DNA of 64,000 bases from Armatimonadota bacterium (GCA_041690135.1 JAWLHY010000003.1:256001-320000); one strand, 5' to 3'. Shown: positions 1-10,020, counted from the first letter of the stretch. Numbers and translations are program-made. Notes: a model not told the origin generated them from the letters alone.

Positions 1-1069
1 CACCGTCGAGGTCTACCACCCGCACGTCGCGGGCGCTGACCGTCGGCATTGCGGTACGGCGCTCCGGGGAGAACCCGTCCGGCCCGCCCCAGTAGACCCA
101 GGAAGTTTCCGGGTCGTTCCGGTGCCGGCAGACGGCGAGGGCGAGGTCGGCCCAACCGTCCCCGTTCACGTCGCCGGCCGCGGCGGCCACCGCGTCGGGG
201 CAGGGCAGGACCAGCGGCGCGCCGAACTCGCGGCCGGGGAGCACCGGGAAGAAACAGGCGTCTTCGCCTTCGCGTCGGAACAGGTGCGGCTGCCCGGCGA
301 GAGAAACAATTCCCGGCCGCCAGCCCTCCCCGAAACTGATCCAGCCTTCGGACGAGCCGGGCAGGGTCTCCGCCCCGGGGTCTTCCCCGCCGATGGGGGA
401 GGCGTTCTCCACCCGGAGGCCCTCCGGACCACCCCAGAGCACCCGAGGGCGCTCGCCCCGCACGCGGGCGTACAGCTCCGCACAGCCGTCCCCGTCCAGG
501 TCGGCGGCGGCGACGTGGGTCGCGGTCACGGGCAGGACGGCGAAGCTCCCCGCCAGGAATCCCGCCTCCGACTGGTAGAACAGCCGCAGCCCGCCGGCAC
601 AGGCGAAGGCCAGGTCCGGGCGCCCGTCCCCATTGAAATCGCCGATCGCGACCCCGCGGCAGTCCGGCGCCGGCAGCTCGATCCGGTAGCGTTCCGTTAG
701 CCCCTCGGGACCGCCATAGTAGATATAGGCGGTCAGGTCGGAATGGGTGCCGTTGTTCTGGTGCGCCACCACCAGGTCGTCGTAGCCGTCGCCGTTCAGA
801 TCGCCCACGGCCCCGGCATAGGCGCCCTGGGTGGGCAGCTCGCGGGCCACTGCCTGGCCCAGAGGACAGTGCACCACGGAGACCGGCGGCCGCTCGTTCA
901 TATCCTGGCTGTTGACGAACAGGATGTCGGCCCAGCCGTCCTGGTTGTAGTCGAAGCGGAAGATCCGCTGCAGCACGCCCGCCCGGGAGACGTACAGGTT
1001 CTGCCCCCCGTTGCCGAACGTGCCGTCCGCAAAAGCCGCGTAGCCTTCCTCTCGCCAGGTGCCTTTCAT
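1..1069 (-). CDS. FG-GAP/VCBS-repeat protein (5' part; runs off the window), no signal peptide
   Basis: Not in the ORF track. Manual translation from ATG at 1069: MKGTWREEGYAAFADGTFGNGGQNLYVSRAGVLQRIFRFDYNQDGWADILFVNS..., with further DLNGDGYDDLVV and DFNGDGRPDLAF repeats. ATGA overlap with the aldolase stop. N-terminus is similar to that of 5127..8096. Confidence 0.85.
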   Translation of the reverse strand, partial: MKGTWREEGYAAFADGTFGNGGQNLYVSRAGVLQRIFRFDYNQDGWADILFVNSQDMNERPPVSVVHCPLGQAVARELPTQGAYAGAVGDLNGDGYDDLVVAHQNNGTHSDLTAYIYYGGPEGLTERYRIELPAPDCRGVAIGDFNGDGRPDLAFACAGGLRLFYQSEAGFLAGSFAVLPVTATHVAAADLDGDGCAELYARVRGERPRVLWGGPEGLRVENASPIGGEDPGAETLPGSSEGWISFGEGWRPGIVSLAGQPHLFRREGEDACFFPVLPGREFGAPLVLPCPDAVAAAAGDVNGDGWADLALAVCRHRNDPETSWVYWGGPDGFSPERRTAMPTVSARDVRVVDLDG

Positions 1070-1956
1070 CGAGTGGCTCTCCGGGCCGCTTCCAGCGCCG
1101 CGACGACCCCGGCCGAAAGACCGGTGTCCGATCCGAGCGCGATCAGCTTCCATCCCTGCTCCAGGCGTGCGCCGACATCCGCAGCGCCCACGAACCCGCC
1201 GACGGGGATGTGCTTGCGATGGCAGGCCTCCGTGATGCGGCGGACGTAGCCTTCCACCTCGGGATGGCCGTCCGGCAGACCGAGGGAAAACGCGAGGTCC
1301 GACGCGCCGATGAAGACCGCGCCGACGCCGGGAACGCTCAGGGTCTCCTCCAGGTTCTCCAGCCCCTCGCGGGATTCGAGCATGCAGACCAGGAGCAACT
1401 CCCCGCGCGGGTCGAGGGGCCAGAGGTCCGCCCGCTGCGCGTATTCGTCCGCCGGGAGCCCCCACATGTAGGCCGGGAACCCGTAACCGACGCCCCGCTG
1501 GCCGGCGGGCTCGAAATCCGGCACGTCGCGCATCTGCGGGAAGCGCGCCGCGCGCACGGCGCCGAGCGCTTCGGCGGGGTTATTGATGTGGGGCGCCACC
1601 ACCCCGAAAACGCCCAGATCCAGCACCTGCTTGATCTGCGCCTGCGTCTGCTCGCGCCCATTGGCGGGGATGCGGACCAGCGGCACCACGTCCGGCTGGA
1701 GATTGCCCTTCTCCAGGATGCGCTGCCGGTTCGTCATCGCGAAAAGGTAGCTCTCCAGCCGGGTGAGATCGAAGGGCGAGTGCTCCAGGTCGAAGATCAC
1801 CCAGTCGAGCGGGCTCCGCGCCAGCGAGACCGCGGACCGCGTCGAGAGCGCCGTGGCGAAGATCCCGTAGGCCGGTTTGCCTTCTGTGAACCGTTCGATC
1901 AGTTTGTTGAGATGAAGCATGTCATTTGTAGCCGCGAGTTCACTCGCCAGTTCCAC
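1066..1956 (-). CDS. HpcH/HpaI family class II aldolase
   Basis: Motifs DWVIFDLEHSP, VLDLGVFGVVAPH, MLESREG, VFIGASDL. Start is GTG 1956 (GGAGGAG SD) or ATG 1920. Confidence 0.85.
   Translation of the reverse strand: MELASELAATNDMLHLNKLIERFTEGKPAYGIFATALSTRSAVSLARSPLDWVIFDLEHSPFDLTRLESYLFAMTNRQRILEKGNLQPDVVPLVRIPANGREQTQAQIKQVLDLGVFGVVAPHINNPAEALGAVRAARFPQMRDVPDFEPAGQRGVGYGFPAYMWGLPADEYAQRADLWPLDPRGELLLVCMLESREGLENLEETLSVPGVGAVFIGASDLAFSLGLPDGHPEVEGYVRRITEACHRKHIPVGGFVGAADVGARLEQGWKLIALGSDTGLSAGVVAALEAARRATR
1928..1948 (+). repeat. GTAG-type REP hairpin (family A)
   Basis: GTAGCC-GCGAG-TTCA-CTCGC-C. Reverse-complement copies near 33425 and 59711. Confidence 0.75.
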
Positions 1957-2026
1957 GCCTCTCCTCCCCGGACAGTCCTCACCGCAACCCACAGGTGCGT
2001 TCACGAAAGCCATTGGCCCCGCACCG

Positions 2027-2348
2027 CCCTCACCCCCTGCCCCTCTCCCACGCTGCGGGAGAGGGGAGATTCCGCGCCCACTGCGGGACAGTTCTCACGG
2101 TTGGTAACTGCCGTCTCCGAAACTCCGCTTCCGTAAGATAGCGAACGTATATCGACTCTGCTTCTGCGCTGCGGGAGAGGGGAGAGTGCATTCACCAGTT
2201 ACCAACCGACGTAGGCGGGTGCCCTTTTGCCGGGCGTTGTTCGTAGACACGAGTTATGGAACTTGGCAAAACAATTGCACTCTTCGACCGTTCTGATAAC
2301 GGTCATTCCCCTCTCCCGCAGCGCCGGGAGAGGGGTTAGGGGTGAGGG
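2027..2348. repeat. Inverted pair of CCCTCACCCC..CCCTCTCCC..GGGAGAGGGG palindromic repeats with an internal 13-bp inverted repeat
   Basis: 2027-2068 and 2307-2348 are near reverse complements, with a partial third copy at about 2167-2185. Perfect IR CGGTTGGTAACTG (2098-2110) / CAGTTACCAACCG (2196-2208). Confidence 0.75.
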
Positions 2349-2466
2349 CTGCCAGGGTGACCCGATGCGCCTCCGGATTTGATCTCCATTACTCGCGAGC
2401 CCCGAGGTTTAGCTCGGGGGTGGTCCGCCGCAGGTCGTTCGCCCGGTCTCGTTCATCGCGGGCACC

Positions 2467-3522
2467 TCACAAGATTCCGCGTGAAAGGTCCTCCACATAC
2501 CGCACCGTGTAGCCCCCCGCCCGCGCCAGCTCCGGGGCGTAGGCGAAAAGGGCCGGGTTGCCGCCGGTGTGGACGAACACCACGGTGCTGTCCGCGCCGA
2601 TCTCTCCGGTGGCGATCGAGTTCCGCAGGCCCGCGAAGGCTTTGGCGGTGTAGACCGGGTCGAAGAGGATTCCCTCGGTGCGGGCAGCCAGGTGGAGGGC
2701 CTCCATCCCCTCGGGAGTCGGCAGGCCGTAGTCTTCGCCCACCGCGTCGCCGCGGTTGTCGAACTCGCCGGTCTCCATGTGGACTCCCAACCCCATCCAC
2801 TCCGAGGCGTTGTTCGCCAGCCCCGCCAGGTGACCAAGCAGCCACTCCTGGTCCCAGTGGAAAGGACGCCAGGAGATCACGCGCGTGGGCAGGTCCAGAG
2901 CTTTCGCCCCGAGGGCTAGGCCGGCGTGGGTGCCTTCCAGGGAGCAGACCGCTACCACGTCCGGCGTGAGGTCGCGCGCGCGGAGCTGCATGGCGATCTC
3001 CGCGAAGCACTGGGCGTAGGCGACGGCCCCCAGCGCGTTGGCCCGCTCCCCGATGATGTAGGGGGTGTGCCCCGCCGCGCGGAGCTCCTCGGCGAGCTGG
3101 AGCTTGGCGGCGGCCTGGTCCTCCGCCCGGACGAAGCGGACCTCCGCCCCCAGGATGCAGTCGACCAGCCAGTTGCCCTGGAAACCCAGTTGGGCCCGGT
3201 GGTCCCACCGGCTGACGAGATAGCAGCGCAGGCCGAGACGCGCGGCGGCGGCGGCGGCCTGGCGGGCGTGGTTGCTTTGCGAGGCGGAGCCGGTGATGAT
3301 CGTGTCCGCCCCCTCCGCCAGGGCGTCCGCGAAGGTGAGACAGAACTTGCGGGTCTTGTTTCCGCCGAAGGCGAGCCCGGTCAGGTCGTCCCGCTTCAGG
3401 AAGAGGCGGCGCACCCCGAGGGCTTCCGCCAGCCGGGGGCATTCGTACAGGGGGGTGGGAAGGTCGGCGATTTCTACTCGCGGGAGCCGCAGCACGGCGT
3501 CCAGAAGGGCTTCGGGAGTCAT
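2467..3522 (-). CDS. PLP-dependent D-cysteine desulfhydrase / cysteate sulfo-lyase family enzyme
   Basis: LKRDDLTGLAFGGNKTRK (PLP lysine), QSNHAR, FDPVYTAKA, HTGG. Thr rather than the Glu/Leu pair diagnostic of ACC deaminase. Confidence 0.85.
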   Translation of the reverse strand: MTPEALLDAVLRLPRVEIADLPTPLYECPRLAEALGVRRLFLKRDDLTGLAFGGNKTRKFCLTFADALAEGADTIITGSASQSNHARQAAAAAARLGLRCYLVSRWDHRAQLGFQGNWLVDCILGAEVRFVRAEDQAAAKLQLAEELRAAGHTPYIIGERANALGAVAYAQCFAEIAMQLRARDLTPDVVAVCSLEGTHAGLALGAKALDLPTRVISWRPFHWDQEWLLGHLAGLANNASEWMGLGVHMETGEFDNRGDAVGEDYGLPTPEGMEALHLAARTEGILFDPVYTAKAFAGLRNSIATGEIGADSTVVFVHTGGNPALFAYAPELARAGGYTVRYVEDLSRGIL

Positions 3523-3537
3523 GAAGGGTGTGTCGAG

Positions 3538-5115
3538 TTACAGCAAGGGGGCGATCGGCGTGCCCTGGTAGATCTGAAAAGGTCTTCCTTCCGCGTCGTG
3601 GAATTCCTGCTCCGGCCCGATGCCCAGTAGGTGGAAGATCGTGGCAGCGAGGTCGGCGGGGGTGTACCCGTCGCTGGTCGGATAGCCGCCGGTGGGGTCC
3701 GTTTTCCCGATCACGCGACCGGGCTGGATCCCGCCGCCCGCGAAGAAGCAGGGGAACACGTCGCCCCAGTGATGCCGTCCCGGCGTGAACGGCACGCCGG
3801 CGGCGTTCACCCCGTTGGGGCTGATGGGGGAGATGATGGGGGTCCGGCCCATCTCGCCGCACATCACGACGAGGGTCTCGTCCAGCAGGCCCCGGTCCTT
3901 CAGGTCGTCCAGGAGGCCGCTGAGACAGTGGTCCAGCGACGGCAGCAGCTTGCCCTTGAGATCGCGGAAGGCGTTCTGGTGGGTGTCCCAGCCGCGCAAG
4001 TTGACCTGGACCATCCGCACCCCGGCCTCTACGAGGCGGCGGGCGAGGAGGAAGCCATTCCCCCAGTCTTCCCGGCCGTAGAGCAGCCGGGTCTTTTCCG
4101 TCTCCAGACTGAGATCGAAGGGGTTCGATTTCCCCTGCTGCGAGAGCACCAGCTCGATCGCCTGCTGCCGGTAGATCTCCAGGTCCCGCACCTGGGGGTT
4201 GGCGTCCAGGTCCCGGCGCAGCCCGTCGACCCGCGCCAGCAGCGCGCGGCGGTTATCCAGGCGGGAGAGGGTCAGGCCAGCCGGCGTGCCGAGGTCCGGC
4301 TTGCGGTACTCGGGGTTGCGGCAGGTGGTGTTGTCCCACCACGCCTTGGGCCCGGGACCCGGAGCCCGGGCGGGGTCGTCCGGCTGGTCGTGGCTGAAGC
4401 AGTTGGGACAGGAGCCGGCCGGATCGGGAGCTCTGCAGAGCGGGGCCAGGTTGAGCGCCCACACGGCATGCCGGTTTCCGAGCATGCCCGGTCGCTCGCC
4501 CGCGCCCTGTCCCCCGCCCCGGGGAATCATCACCGCGGGCGGCAGCCCGTGGCCCGCCGATCCGGGGGCGGCGTAGGCGATCATGGAGGCGATGGAGGGC
4601 CACTCCAGGGCCCGCGGGCGCGGGAGATGAATCGTGCTGGTCGTCTCTCCCGGCGGGAGGGCCAGAGTGCCGGTTTGCAGCAGGTACGCGGCGGCGCTGT
4701 GTTCGTTGCGGAAGGCGGGGCCCGCCGGGTGGTACATCGTCCGCACGATGGAGAACAGCGGCGACCGCTGGGCCAGGCGCGGCAGGTACTCGCAGACCTG
4801 CAGGCCATCCGTGCGGCTGGAAATGGGGTTGTACTCGCCGCGGATCTCCGCCGGTGCGTCGGGCTTGGGATCCCAGGTCTCGAACTGGGACGGTCCTCCC
4901 GCCTGGAAGATGAAGACGACCGATTTCGCCCGCGCGGGGCGCTGTGTCCGGCCCGTGGCCCGCGCCGCCTCGGCCGCGTGGGCTTCGAGGCGCAGCAGGT
5001 CCGCCAGGCTGGCGCCCAGCAGGCTCATCCCGCCGACCTGAAGCAGGCCCCGGCGCGCCACGCGGGGGTGGTCTTCGGGCCGGCAGCCGTGGTGGGGATG
5101 GAGATTGCGTCGCAT
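3538..5115 (-). CDS. DUF1501 domain protein with Tat-like signal
   Basis: ARRGLLQVG; GGPSQFETWDPKP; LLARRLVEAGVRMV; WDTH; GEMGRTP; GRHHW. Start taken at ATG 5115. Confidence 0.85.
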   Translation of the reverse strand: MRRNLHPHHGCRPEDHPRVARRGLLQVGGMSLLGASLADLLRLEAHAAEAARATGRTQRPARAKSVVFIFQAGGPSQFETWDPKPDAPAEIRGEYNPISSRTDGLQVCEYLPRLAQRSPLFSIVRTMYHPAGPAFRNEHSAAAYLLQTGTLALPPGETTSTIHLPRPRALEWPSIASMIAYAAPGSAGHGLPPAVMIPRGGGQGAGERPGMLGNRHAVWALNLAPLCRAPDPAGSCPNCFSHDQPDDPARAPGPGPKAWWDNTTCRNPEYRKPDLGTPAGLTLSRLDNRRALLARVDGLRRDLDANPQVRDLEIYRQQAIELVLSQQGKSNPFDLSLETEKTRLLYGREDWGNGFLLARRLVEAGVRMVQVNLRGWDTHQNAFRDLKGKLLPSLDHCLSGLLDDLKDRGLLDETLVVMCGEMGRTPIISPISPNGVNAAGVPFTPGRHHWGDVFPCFFAGGGIQPGRVIGKTDPTGGYPTSDGYTPADLAATIFHLLGIGPEQEFHDAEGRPFQIYQGTPIAPLL

Positions 5116-5126
5116 CGTCGGAACCC

Positions 5127-8096
5127 TTACTTCGGATCGACTTCGAACGTTACGGCTGAAAGCGCCGGCCAGCAGCCACCCTGCGGCGAGCGGAACACGG
5201 CCCGGTACCGCACCCACCGCGCGCCGGCGGGGAGTGCCACGGTATCGCCGCGGCCTGCGTAGAAACTGTTGGTCCCGTTCGGTCCCCGCCATTCGGCGCG
5301 GGCCAGACCTTCGCGGGTTTCGGCGGCGGCCACCTGGAACTCGACCCGGCTCCCACCCGGTGTTTGCGCCTCCGCCGTCAGTCGCAGGGTGCGCGCGGTG
5401 CCCGGCAGCTCCAGCGGCGCCGAGTGGTACTCTTCCGACAACTCGCGGGTGAAGAGGTTGCCGGGGTCTTCCGCCCGCGAGAACTGCGGCCCGAGCGTGG
5501 GGAGGGCGGTCTTCCGGTCGCTGGAGAACCCTTCGGGGCCGTTCCAGAACACGAACGACTCGGCGCTGTGGTCCCCCTCTTTCAGGTGGTTGCGGGCGAT
5601 GATCTCCCGGTAGCCGTCCCCGTTGAGGTCCAGCAGTTCCACCCCGGAGAAGGAGCCGCTTCCCAGGGCGGTGCGGCGCGTGTCCGAATGCCGTCCCTGC
5701 GCGTCGCCCCAGTAGATCAGCACCGGCAGCGACCGGCTGCTGTTGGACAACACGTTGTTGATGACCACGTCGAGGTGGCCGTCCCGGTTCAGGTCCGCGA
5801 TGGCCAGCTCATCCGCCGTAAAGTGCCGGAGCGTGGAGAGCGGTTTCGGATCGATGGTGCCGTCCGCTCGACCCCGGAAGGTCTGGGTCGTCGTTTCCCG
5901 GCTGCGGGTCTTCAGGTCGACCGAGCCGGAGAAGAGCCAGTCGAGGACGCCATCGCCGTCCAGGTCCGCCAGCTTGAGTTGTCCGGTGGGGGTCTGGCGC
6001 ACCTCGCACCGGTCGGCGGCGTAGCCTTCCGCGCTGCCCCGGAAGATGTGCGTCTTGCCGTAGCCGTGGTCCGAGGCCAGCACTTCGAGGAACCCGTCCC
6101 CGTTCAGATCGGCGACGGAGCACATCAGGGAGCCGGAGGTCTTCAGCGGAAGCTCCGTCCGGCGCCCGCCAGCAAACCGCCGCCCGTCGCCCCAAAAGAT
6201 GTGGAGGCTACCGTTCTCCCGCAGCCAGTTGGGTGTGGCGGAGTAGACCAGGTCGAGGTGCCCGTCCCGGTTCAGGTCCGCCGCGCAGAGCCCGTAGGCG
6301 ACCTTGACCGGAATCTCCGTTTTGCTCTTTTCGGAGAGACCCTCTTTCCCGCCCCAGAAGACAGAGGAAGTGTCCCCATACGAGTCGGCAAACGCCACGT
6401 CCACGAACCCGTCCGCGTCCAGATCGGCCGCGCAGTAGCCGTAGGCCCCGTTCGTCGGCAGGTTGGTCATGCCGGCGGTCGAGTAATGGTGGTGCGGGTT
6501 GCCCCAGTAGACCGTGGAGTTGACCTTGCCGCCCTGCGTGCCGCTTTCGCGGTTCGTGAAGACGACCTCGGGGTGCCCGTCCCGGTTCAGGTCGTGCAGC
6601 AGGACGTTCGAGGCGCCGAAGCTGGTGAGATCGGTCCGCAGGTAGGGAGCGAAACCGGTCTTGCTGCCCCAGTAGACGTAGGAAGGGAGATCGTGCGTGC
6701 GGCCGTCGCGGGCATTGGAGAACACGAGATCCGGCCAGCCGTCCCGGTTCAGGTCGGCCGCGTCGACGCCAGTCGCGCCCAGGGTCGGCAGCGCCGCGCG
6801 CCGGCCGGGATCGAATCCGCTCTTGCCGCCGAAATAGACCAGGGAATCGACCTTCGTCGTGCCGCCCGTGCCGATGCAGGAGAACGCCAGGTCCGGCCAG
6901 CCGTCCTTGTTCAGGTCGGCCGCCACGGAATGGGTGCCGCCGTTCGTCGGAAGCGCCCGCGGGTGCTCCCAGTCGGGACCGCCCGACTTGCCCGGATAGA
7001 CGTAGGCGTAGTTGGAAGCCGGATCGGCGGCCTTGATCACCTCATCCAGCAGGACCGCGCTGCCCACCACGCCGGTGGTAACGATCACTTCCGGGTGGCC
7101 GTCCTTATCCAGGTCCGCGGCGCGGACTCCCGTCGGGCCTTTCACGCGGACCTGCAGTTGTCGCTTGCGGCTGTAGCGTTCCGGCTCCCGCGCGTCGGCG
7201 TAGAAGACTCGCACGCCGCCCCCCTCCCGGCTGTGGGCGAATGCCAGGTCCGGCGCCCCATCGCCGTTCAGGTCTCCCGTTTCCACCCCCACGGCGCCCG
7301 CCACGGGTACCGCGGTCCGGCGAGAGACGGAGAACCCATCCGGGTGGCCCCAGTAGATCCACGATTCGTCCGGGAAGCTGCCGTATTCCCCGGGCTCCGG
7401 GTCCACCCCAAAGTTGGCGAAGACCAGGTCGGTGAGCCCGTCGGCGTTCAGGTCCGCGGCCTTCACGTCCGGGGCACGCAGGGTCGGCAGCTCGCTGAAG
7501 CGGGTGGGGGAGAAGCCCTCGTCGCTCCCCCAGTAGATCCGGGCCGCGCGCCGCTCGGGGAAGTCGGTGTAGTTGCAGAAGACGAGGTCCGGATGGCCGT
7601 CGTTGTTCAGGTCCGCCGCGGCGGAACGCCCGCTCCCGAATGCTGGCAGGCGCGTTACCCCGGCCTGGCGGCTCGGGAGTTCCCGGAACAGCAGGGTCGC
7701 CTGCGGCAGCTCGGCGGCGCGGTCCGGCAGCAGCGAGCGCGGGCCGGTCGCCGAGCCCCAGTAGACGAGGGCGTCGACCCACATCCGCATGTTGTGGTCC
7801 GCGCCGAAGACCAGGTCGGGGTAACCGTCCTGGTTCAGGTCCCAGCGGTTGACCACTTCCACGGCGCCCTGGGAAGAAACGTAGAGGTTCGCCGCCGAGT
7901 TGCCGAACGACCCCTTCCGGAAGTCGGCGGCGGAAGTGTGTGCGATCCGCGCCGGCTCCGCGCCGTGCGACCGTTTTCCGGAAGCCGCGGAGACAAGCCC
8001 CACGAGGGTGAGCGTCAGAATTCCCGTGGTGACTCCACGGGAAGGCCGCCGGCGGCTCCGGCGGGGGTCCGTCAGTTGTTGGCCGACCATCATCAA
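5127..8096 (-). CDS. Large secreted FG-GAP/VCBS-repeat protein (989 aa)
   Basis: N-terminal hydrophobic signal, more than ten DLNxDGxxDLxF repeats each followed by S..YWG, and a C-terminal beta-rich domain. Confidence 0.9.
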   Translation of the reverse strand: MMMVGQQLTDPRRSRRRPSRGVTTGILTLTLVGLVSAASGKRSHGAEPARIAHTSAADFRKGSFGNSAANLYVSSQGAVEVVNRWDLNQDGYPDLVFGADHNMRMWVDALVYWGSATGPRSLLPDRAAELPQATLLFRELPSRQAGVTRLPAFGSGRSAAADLNNDGHPDLVFCNYTDFPERRAARIYWGSDEGFSPTRFSELPTLRAPDVKAADLNADGLTDLVFANFGVDPEPGEYGSFPDESWIYWGHPDGFSVSRRTAVPVAGAVGVETGDLNGDGAPDLAFAHSREGGGVRVFYADAREPERYSRKRQLQVRVKGPTGVRAADLDKDGHPEVIVTTGVVGSAVLLDEVIKAADPASNYAYVYPGKSGGPDWEHPRALPTNGGTHSVAADLNKDGWPDLAFSCIGTGGTTKVDSLVYFGGKSGFDPGRRAALPTLGATGVDAADLNRDGWPDLVFSNARDGRTHDLPSYVYWGSKTGFAPYLRTDLTSFGASNVLLHDLNRDGHPEVVFTNRESGTQGGKVNSTVYWGNPHHHYSTAGMTNLPTNGAYGYCAADLDADGFVDVAFADSYGDTSSVFWGGKEGLSEKSKTEIPVKVAYGLCAADLNRDGHLDLVYSATPNWLRENGSLHIFWGDGRRFAGGRRTELPLKTSGSLMCSVADLNGDGFLEVLASDHGYGKTHIFRGSAEGYAADRCEVRQTPTGQLKLADLDGDGVLDWLFSGSVDLKTRSRETTTQTFRGRADGTIDPKPLSTLRHFTADELAIADLNRDGHLDVVINNVLSNSSRSLPVLIYWGDAQGRHSDTRRTALGSGSFSGVELLDLNGDGYREIIARNHLKEGDHSAESFVFWNGPEGFSSDRKTALPTLGPQFSRAEDPGNLFTRELSEEYHSAPLELPGTARTLRLTAEAQTPGGSRVEFQVAAAETREGLARAEWRGPNGTNSFYAGRGDTVALPAGARWVRYRAVFRSPQGGCWPALSAVTFEVDPK

Positions 8097-8204
8097 GGCA
8101 GTCCCAGGTTCGGGAGCGAATCAATCACTGTCGTTCCGGGCCGAGCAACGGCACCGGATATGGGGTGAAACGCGGGGTCATCCCCAACGGCTCACCCCAT
8201 TCGC

Positions 8205-8459
8205 CTAGCGTGGCTGCACCGGGGCTCCGGCATAGGGGGCACCCGGCTGGACCGGCGCACCCCCATATTGACCTCCCGGTGGGGCGGCCGGAGCTCCAAC
8301 TCTTGGGCCGACGTTGCCGGGGATCGGTGGGGGCGGAATCGCTACCGGAGTGCGCGAAGCCGCCCGGTTACATCCGCCCGCCAGTAGTATCAACAGGGTT
8401 GCGGTCGTCACTCTACTCCACTTCCGGGATCCCATCGGAGCCGTCCTCTTCCTTTCCAA
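8205..8459 (-). CDS. Small Pro/Gly-rich lipoprotein
   Basis: Lipobox LLAGGC. C-terminal YGGAPVQP/YAGAPVQP repeat. Starts 9 nt after the DUF1559 stop. Confidence 0.65.
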   Translation of the reverse strand: MERKRTAPMGSRKWSRVTTATLLILLAGGCNRAASRTPVAIPPPPIPGNVGPRVGAPAAPPGGQYGGAPVQPGAPYAGAPVQPR

Positions 8460-8468
8460 AGAGCCTAT

Positions 8469-9227
8469 TTAGGGACTCGTGTCCATGATCGTGGTCCAGT
8501 AGGCGCGGGAGCTGGCGGTCGCCGGATTGGGAACGATCCGCTCCTTCTTCATCCACTTGCCGTGGCCGTCACAGAACACCACGTTTACCCCGCCCTGGTG
8601 GCGCACATCCGCCGCGCCCGCCACGAGCGAGCCCGTATCCGTGCCGGTGAACCAGGGCAACCCACCCCCCTGGTAATCGCTAGCCCAGAAGTAGCCGAGG
8701 ATGTCCACCCACATCACCTTGTCCGCGGGGCGCGGCATAGCGGCGAGAGAGACCGGTGGTTCCGCGGGCCAGGCATTCTGGTTCATGCTGGCGATCCCAT
8801 GGGCGCCACCATTGCCCGCGTAGGAGCAGTTGTAGCCGTAAGAGGTCCCTGGCGCATCGTTGCCCTGATACCCGGCGTACCGGATGCCGCTCGGCTGCTG
8901 ATCACTGGGACACTTGAAGATCATCAGGTTCTTGCAGTAGGGCTGTACCAGGTTGTGCGCGTTCTGGATGTAGGTGCCTCCCTGCCCGTACCAATAGTAC
9001 TGGGGCGGGGTATTGCTGACCCGGTAGGTGGTGGGCCAGCACTCGTCGTGGTCCTGCACGTACATCATCGTGGCGGTGCCGATCTGCTTCAGGTTGCTGA
9101 GACAGGAAGCTTTGCGGGCCGCCTCGCGGGCCTGGGCGAACACCGGGAAAAGAATTGCCGCAAGTATCGCAATGATTGCGATCACGACGAGAAGCTCGAT
9201 GAGTGTGAATCCCCTCTTCCGCAGCAT
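8469..9227 (-). CDS. Prepilin-type N-terminal cleavage/methylation protein with H-X9-DG motif (DUF1559 family)
   Basis: [33 protein letters not shown]...[10 protein letters not shown]...CPSD...[21 protein letters not shown]. Confidence 0.92.
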   Translation of the reverse strand: MLRKRGFTLIELLVVIAIIAILAAILFPVFAQAREAARKASCLSNLKQIGTATMMYVQDHDECWPTTYRVSNTPPQYYWYGQGGTYIQNAHNLVQPYCKNLMIFKCPSDQQPSGIRYAGYQGNDAPGTSYGYNCSYAGNGGAHGIASMNQNAWPAEPPVSLAAMPRPADKVMWVDILGYFWASDYQGGGLPWFTGTDTGSLVAGAADVRHQGGVNVVFCDGHGKWMKKERIVPNPATASSRAYWTTIMDTSP

Positions 9228-9299
9228 TTTCGTACCTCCTTCGCAGGTCGGTGCAGGTAGGACTGGAAACCAGGACCGGTGCTACCTGCACCTCCGATC

Positions 9300-9998
9300 C
9301 TAGGCCCGGGGCGAACGCATCCGGGCGACGTAAGGTTCGATCTGCTCGTAACCACCGCGCACGTGCCGGCGGCCGGCCTCTTCGGCCCGTTCCGGGTCGC
9401 GCGATTTCAATGCTTCGACCAATTCGGCGTGGACGCCGGACGGTCCCAATTCCATCGGTATGCTCAACTCGGGCGGAAACATCGTGTTGTCGATCGTCAG
9501 CAGCACGCACGCCGAGTTTTCGATCAGGCGGAACAGCTCGCTGGAACGGGACGCGCGGGCGATGTGGAAGTGCAACTGCTCGTCCGTAGCCCGGCACCGT
9601 TCCAGGCTGCCGGAACGGACCGCCGCCTCAAACTCCTCGTTATAGGCCTCCAGCATCGCCAGGTCCGTCAGCGTGGCCCGCTGCGCGAAGAAGCGGCAGG
9701 CCACTCCTTCCAGGGCGGAGCGCATCATATAGATTTCTTCGATCTCTTCCGGCTGCCATCGCCGCACGTGGGTTCCCACCCCCGGCGTGGTGACCAGCAG
9801 TCCCTCTCCTTCCAGGCGCCGGAGCGCGTCGATGATGGGGATGGTGCTGGTGCCCATCCGGCTCGCCAGTTTCCGCTGGACCAGCCGCGTTCCGGGGGCA
9901 ATCTGCCCCGCCGCGATGTCTCCGCGCAGCCGTCGATACACGGTCTCGTGTGCCGTTAACACTCCTTCGGATGAACTCTCTTCTACTGCTTCAGTCAT
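9300..9998 (-). CDS. GntR family (FadR/FCD) transcriptional regulator
   Basis: wHTH VYRRLRGDI...PGTRL...STIPIIDALRRLEGEGLL followed by an FCD-like C-terminal domain. Confidence 0.9.
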   Translation of the reverse strand: MTEAVEESSSEGVLTAHETVYRRLRGDIAAGQIAPGTRLVQRKLASRMGTSTIPIIDALRRLEGEGLLVTTPGVGTHVRRWQPEEIEEIYMMRSALEGVACRFFAQRATLTDLAMLEAYNEEFEAAVRSGSLERCRATDEQLHFHIARASRSSELFRLIENSACVLLTIDNTMFPPELSIPMELGPSGVHAELVEALKSRDPERAEEAGRRHVRGGYEQIEPYVARMRSPRA

Positions 9999-10020
9999 GA
10001 ATGGATCCCGGCGTTGGGTT

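Noticed and set aside
2467-3522. ACC deaminase (acdS)
   Set aside because: Has DPVYT and HTGG rather than the DPVYE and HLGG residues diagnostic of true ACC deaminases.
8231-8246. CATAGGGGGCACCCGG as a permuted copy of the 21-nt element
   Set aside because: Partial match that is explained by the GAP/YxGAPVQP peptide repeat of the lipoprotein.
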